Source: Antedon mediterranea (Eukaryota; Animalia; Echinodermata). From it: DNA of 64,000 bases. The translations under genes and the position numbers were made by a program. The notes under the pieces were generated by a model. That model did not search any database, was not told the DNA's origin, and saw only the letters and a program-made list of their open reading frames with translations. The stretch spans positions 31,282,912 to 31,346,911 of the forward strand of contig NC_092675.1 in NCBI RefSeq assembly GCF_964355755.1. The letters run 5' to 3'. Below are positions 59,601 to 64,000 of the stretch, in pieces (position 1 is the first letter of the stretch; each line of letters starts with the position of its first letter).

Positions 59601-61926
59601 TAAACGTATTTTATTGTAATTTTGCCAATAAATCTTATTAAATACCATGCCTTTGTACACACAGCATTTGGTCTAAAATTGTACAATAAATCACTGCATT
59701 ACCAATGAAATTATATAATAAAATGTAAAAGTACCATTCAAAGTTAGTAATATATTGGTAGTTATTTTGACTACATATTTGGATGATCTTAGCAAGCAGT
59801 TCATCTCTGTATTGTGATCCTTCTGCTTTATCTACATGTATCATTAACTTCTTTACTATCTCCATCAAATTCTTCTTTGAAACCTAAACAAAATCATAAA
59901 ATGAATAAGTTAAGAGGAGAGTGAGAAGATACTTAAGTACAACGTTCAGTAACCTAGGGACTACGGCCACAAGGCGGCTTTAAAAAAAAATTATGTAGTT
60001 TAAACATTAATTTGGCCTTTATTTTAAAGCCATACATGTTCTAGTAATCGTAGCATAATCTCATGTATATTATAAAGGGGAAACCCCAGGCTGCCCTAAA
60101 TTTTTACTTGACATTGGCTGGTGGATCAGCGCAATTTTTACTTGACATTGGCTGGTGGATCAGCGCAATTTTTTCTTGACATTGGCTGGTGGATCAGCGC
60201 AATTTTTACTTGACATTGGCTGGTGGATCAGCGCAATTTTTACTTGACATTGGCTGGTGGATCAGCGCAATTTTTACTTGACATTGGCTGGTGGATCAGC
60301 GCAATTTTTACTTGACATTGGCTGGTGGATCAGCGCAATTTTTACTTGACATTGGCTGGTGGATCAGCGCAATTTTTACTTGACATTGGCTGGTGGATCA
60401 GCGCAATTTTTACTTGACATTGGCTGGTGGATCAGCGCAATTTTTACTTGACATTGGCTGGTGGATCAGCGCAATTTTTACTTGACATTGGCTGGTGGAT
60501 CAGCGCAATTTTTACTTGACATTGGCTGGTGGATCAGCGCAATTTTTACTTGACATTGGCTGGTGGATCAGCGCAATTTTTACTTGACATTGGCTGGTGG
60601 ATCAGCGCAATTTTTACTTGACATTGGCTGGTGGATCAGCGCAATTTTTACTTGACATTGGCTGGTGGATCAGCGCAATTTTTACTTGACATTGGCTGGT
60701 GGATCAGCGCAATTTTTACTTGACATTGGCTGGTGGATCAGCGCAATTTTTACTTGACATTGGCTGGTGGATCAGCGCAATTTTTACTTGACATTGGCTG
60801 GTGGATCAGCGCAATTTTTACTTGACATTGGCTGGTGGATCAGCGCAATTTTTACTTGACATTGGCTGATGGATCAGCGCAATTTTTACTTGACATTGGC
60901 TGGTGGATCAGCGCAATTTTTACTTGACATTGGCTGGTGGATCAGCGCAATTTTTACTTGACATTGGCTGATGGATCAGCGCAATTTTTACTTGACATTG
61001 GCTGGTGGATCAGCGCAATTTCTATCCTTCAAACGCAATTTCAGTTGACCTAGAGGTCTTCTCAGGGAATTGTAAATGTAATTGTGAACAATCCAATAAA
61101 TTATTAAGATGATCATTTTAATAATTTACATACAACCTGATGTTGCTATCTTATAGGGGAGTAATGGATAATGATATTGAGTAGTAAAACCACTTTATAA
61201 TATATAAACAATGCTAGTTAATGCAAAGCCTATAATTAAGTACATGTTATGCGTGTTATACAGCCACTGTGTTAGTATACAATGTGACAATTACCATGCC
61301 ATAAAGTAAGTCCAAGGCTCTGAGTCTAATGGAATCATCTTTGTCATCCAAACATTCCAAGATTAGATCCTTGTGAGACTGTACAGATTTAGGGTGAGTC
61401 TTCAATATCTTCCCCATTGCTAATAGTCCAAGGTATTTCACTGAAAAGAATAATAATGTATGTATGTTAGTTCTACACCGTCATGGCTACTGACCTCTGT
61501 AATAATTAAATATTAAACTGTATGACAATTAATTATTATCTAATATCTATTATAGTGTTATTTAACACATTTATTATATTTTACATTTATGTTGTTATGT
61601 AAAATATTCAATATCATTCATGACAACCAAGTCAAAGTTGAAAAAACATTTTATTAAAAGATTTTATTTACAAAGAAAATATAAACAAATTTTCAATATT
61701 TATTCCATGTCATGTTAGTGGTTAAGAATTATGTAATTTTAAGCTTGGTTCCCACAAAGACGCAACGCAATGGAGTTGACCAATGACAAGTGCAGTTCGA
61801 CAAACAATCGCTTGTGATACGTCGCTGTGTTGTGTCTCTAGAGGGAACCAAGCTTTACATTTTAGTTGACAACTTACAATTTTGATCAGAATCTTCAATA
61901 AGAATTCTAAGTTTCTGCACACATAA
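47282..61926 (-). CDS. AP3D1: AP-3 complex subunit delta-1 (delta adaptin), multi-exon, 5'-partial
   Basis: Minus-strand exons, frame-consistent: 61878-61926, 61295-61440, 59735-59883, 59403-59529, 58975-59157, 57215-57376, 56545-56783, 56056-56282, 53810-53967, 53357-53436, 52161-52320, 51591-51773, 51295-51402, 50736-50882, 50563-50610, 50208-50345, 49664-49804, 48295-48380, 47575-47782, 47282-47377 (TAA). Motifs LCVQKLRILIEDSDQNLKYLGLLAM, DDSIRLRALDLLYGMV, ELNPVAPKAQKKVPVPEGLDLDKWINEP, DPHRALNIDLD, DDLSFWL. Confidence 0.96.
47900..48032 (-). mobile_element. tRNA-derived SINE head
   Basis: Minus strand ggagctgTAGCTTGGTGGttaac...GTTCATTCC: A-box/B-box spacing, no intact cloverleaf. Confidence 0.6.
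48559..49602. repeat. 55-bp minisatellite, ~19 near-identical copies, in an AP3D1 intron
   Basis: agtagattgcaccaagaagtgagtggcaaaagaggccaacagcttctgtagccaa. Confidence 0.97.
51870..52130 (-). mobile_element. SINE with Deu/Nin-type central domain
   Basis: Minus strand gtcttctcaaataaggactataaaccataggtcc...tgcacttcaaagaacctagtac..., A-rich tail; domain recognised from memory. Confidence 0.6.
52418..53106. mobile_element. ~690-bp MITE/foldback element rich in TTGCGCAA palindromes
   Basis: TIR tgtgttatgcgcgatttgaacgatttg.gcaatttgaaattg / caatttcaaattgcacaaatcgttcaaatcgcgcataacaca; TA on the right flank. Confidence 0.85.
53153..53411. repeat. 90-bp tandem triplication covering the 3' part of an AP3D1 exon and its donor site
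   Basis: agtagtctattcataataacttacgcatccaggtcaatattaagtgctctatgtgggtcatttacat at 53153, 53243, 53333. Confidence 0.95.
53559..53690 (+). mobile_element. Retroposon 3' tail (monomeric relative of the 55-bp satellite)
   Basis: ttggagtggcatgc..acagaagctgttggcctcttttgccactc..gcaatcta..ttaataaaaaaaaacaaaaaaaaa. Confidence 0.7.
55888..55965. repeat. 10-bp tandem repeat (atgtYtaatgt-like)
   Basis: Read directly. Confidence 0.8.
56545..61926 (-). CDS. AP3D1: AP3D1 exons for the adaptin trunk (C-terminal half)
   Basis: KYLGLLAMGKILKTHPKSVQSHKDLILECLDDKDDSIRLRALDLLYGM; YQYITNFEWY; QMLDVAIRVKAIRPFAVSQM; EVLYAAAWIIGEF. Confidence 0.95.
57432..58950. repeat. AT-rich composite minisatellite (~20/28/31-bp variants) filling an AP3D1 intron
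   Basis: ttgtaatgttacctgtatattataatta, ttgtaatgttacctgtacata and ttgtaatgttattccctgt variants. Confidence 0.95.
60099..61021. repeat. 34-bp minisatellite, ~27 near-perfect copies
   Basis: aatttttacttgacattggctggtggatcagcgc. Confidence 0.97.
61741..61855. mobile_element. Small MITE (~115 bp)
   Basis: TIR aagcttggttccc / gggaaccaagctt in TTA/TAA-like context. Confidence 0.75.
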
Positions 61927-63747
61927 CTGGAACAAGAAACAAAATATTACAAGTGTAAAATTATGTTTTGTTACAAAATAAAGCCACTTACCTTCCAGGA
62001 AATACAATAAAATAAATAAAAATGTTTTATTTCATTATGTTTTGACTTTTGTATTTCATATACTTAACACATGTTATTATATTCACCAAAACACCATTTT
62101 ATTAATATGTGTACTGTTATGTAAATGTATAACTGATATATGAGGGTCATTTATTTATCAATAAAGCATTCTAGATGAAATTTCCAAGTAAGAGAAATTG
62201 AATTGATTCGTAAGTCAGTGCTTAATTAATTTCCACCAAATAGTCTTCATCATAGTGAATGGATTAATATTATCTAATTACTTGTAAGATTATATCAGAA
62301 TTGCCATGGTGACCATGCATATGACATCATCAGATCAATGACATCACAGTCATTATAATCTATTTTGAGAAGCAAGTATTCAACATCTTTTTAAAACTGT
62401 AGAATTTTAATATTTTGTGTATGCTGTTTATTTTAATGTATAAATGTTATAAAAATTACTATAAAAATATTATTAGAATGTTAATGAACATGAATTGTAG
62501 AACTAAAATGCAGGTTATTATCAGAGTATTAGTAAAACTTTGTAACTTGATTAAATGTTATTGTTGAAAAGTTTGCATAGCGAAAATACTCTAACTAGAA
62601 TAATAGTAAGGTTTCCAGGACACCATTTGATTCCTAAAAAGTAAAGACAAGTTTTGACCTTTAACACAAAGGCTTACTTTATCTTTAGGATTTACATTTT
62701 GTACCAAAAACCTTACTATTCTTAATGAAGAAATGATCTTAAAAAATATTAATTAGCATTTTGTAAACATACATAAAATCAATGTTATTGAATTTTTAGT
62801 TTCTATGGAAACTGTATTATGTACTGATTATGTTTTATCTCTAAGATTGAATTTCAACGACCGGGTACACAAATCAATTAAAGCTCTTTGTGTACTGGAC
62901 TCTTTACTATGGATTGTACGACTCAATATCTATGACAGCTAATTTAACAGTTTTAGCATTGATGATGTTTTCTTGTATTTTAACAAAATGTGTTTGTTCA
63001 GATATTATCTTTACCTAGTATTGTCTATCTTTACTCTAGGATAAGCAAAGATATGTAGACAAGTATTAGATGTAAAATGTCATATAAATGAAATATAGGT
63101 TTAATCAAGAGACAAATTTGACATTTTCCAATCAGTTGCATAAAAGTAAATGTTTAGCACTGTAACATTAGATAAAATAAGCCATAGACATTGTGTCTGT
63201 AATGTCTGTAAGGCTAATGCAATATGATAATGGTTGATGTTGTCGGCCAATTGGATAAATTATAGCCTATATAAAAATGTTCATATGTAAAAACATGCAA
63301 AACCCAAACCCAATCACCAGCTTATAATAAAAATTGAATTGAAGTTCTTTTCTATTTAAACCCTATCCACATGCATCAGGACTTGGTATAGTTGATTAAA
63401 TTTACATTAGTTTCCATAATTACAGTTTTTATAATTGACGTTTTATTTTCAATAATATATTTAAAATATTAGAACATATAATTAAATGTAATAATTTATG
63501 TTAAAACACAAGGTTAAAATGTTCTGTGTAGAATCAAATGTTTAATGTGCCCAGTGCTACAATTGATATATCTCCCCATTATGTTAATAATACAAACATT
63601 GAAATAATTAATACATAAATAGGAATTTCAAATGAGTTCAACTTATTGTAAGAATAAACTTAGATGTGTTTTTAGAACCATGAAATTAAGTATTAAAGGT
63701 AAAAAGATAAAAAATAGAATGAAAATAATGATTGTAAAACTGTGTTT

Positions 63748-63837
63748 GCTCAACGTTTTGAAGGGTTTCTAGATGCGAGAGTAGTAGATAGATGCTCAAC
63801 GTTTTGAAGGGTTTCTAGATGCGAGAGTAGTAGATAG
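63748..63837. repeat. 46-bp tandem duplication
   Basis: gctcaacgttttgaagggtttctagatgcgagagtagtagataga x2. Confidence 0.88.
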
Positions 63838-64000
63838 AAAGTGATAGCTTTAGTAACCCTCATGCTGCTGTATCTATGTTGCTTAATTTTCATGAGTCCT
63901 TGCTTAACATGCAATCTACTCACATGCTTACTTCCATCACCTTATACAGTGGTAGAACCAGCAACATGCACACCGTATCATCCCTCTATTTAGTGGTAGC

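Noticed and set aside
60099-61021. CRISPR array (34-bp repeat) or bacterial TTGACA promoter array
   Set aside because: No spacers; it lies in a spliceosomal intron; TTGACA is coincidental.
61927-64000. Further upstream AP3D1 exons
   Set aside because: No recognisable delta-adaptin sequence; the donor-like site at ~61990 has no supporting upstream exon. The 5' exons probably lie beyond the window.

Overview
AT-rich, intron-rich animal genomic DNA, probably a marine invertebrate deuterostome (an echinoderm such as a crinoid is my unverified guess). Three spliced genes could be assembled by hand from GT-AG boundaries and frame continuity: (1) DLG5, a MAGUK scaffold (coiled coil-4xPDZ-SH3-GUK), + strand, ~2.9-26.8 kb, 5' end outside the window; (2) a complete 4-exon GADD45 gene, + strand, 29.1-33.7 kb, with an unusual in-frame 21-aa triplication; (3) AP3D1 (AP-3 delta adaptin), - strand, 47.3-61.9 kb, 5' end outside the window. 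Introns and intergenic DNA hold a decayed Academ-like DNA transposon with ~0.5-kb TIRs, nested TIR elements in GADD45 intron 3, one uninterrupted 5'-truncated LINE ORF2, one decayed LINE, L2/SINE remnants, MITEs and at least six minisatellites. Most long ORFs over the arrays are artefacts. The most notable theme is local tandem amplification acting on functional sequence: copied splice junctions (a donor-site satellite, candidate mutually exclusive exon copies), a triplicated GADD45 helix, and arrays grown from transposon interiors. No prokaryote-type system (CRISPR etc.) is present. All gene models are manual and need RNA-seq confirmation.
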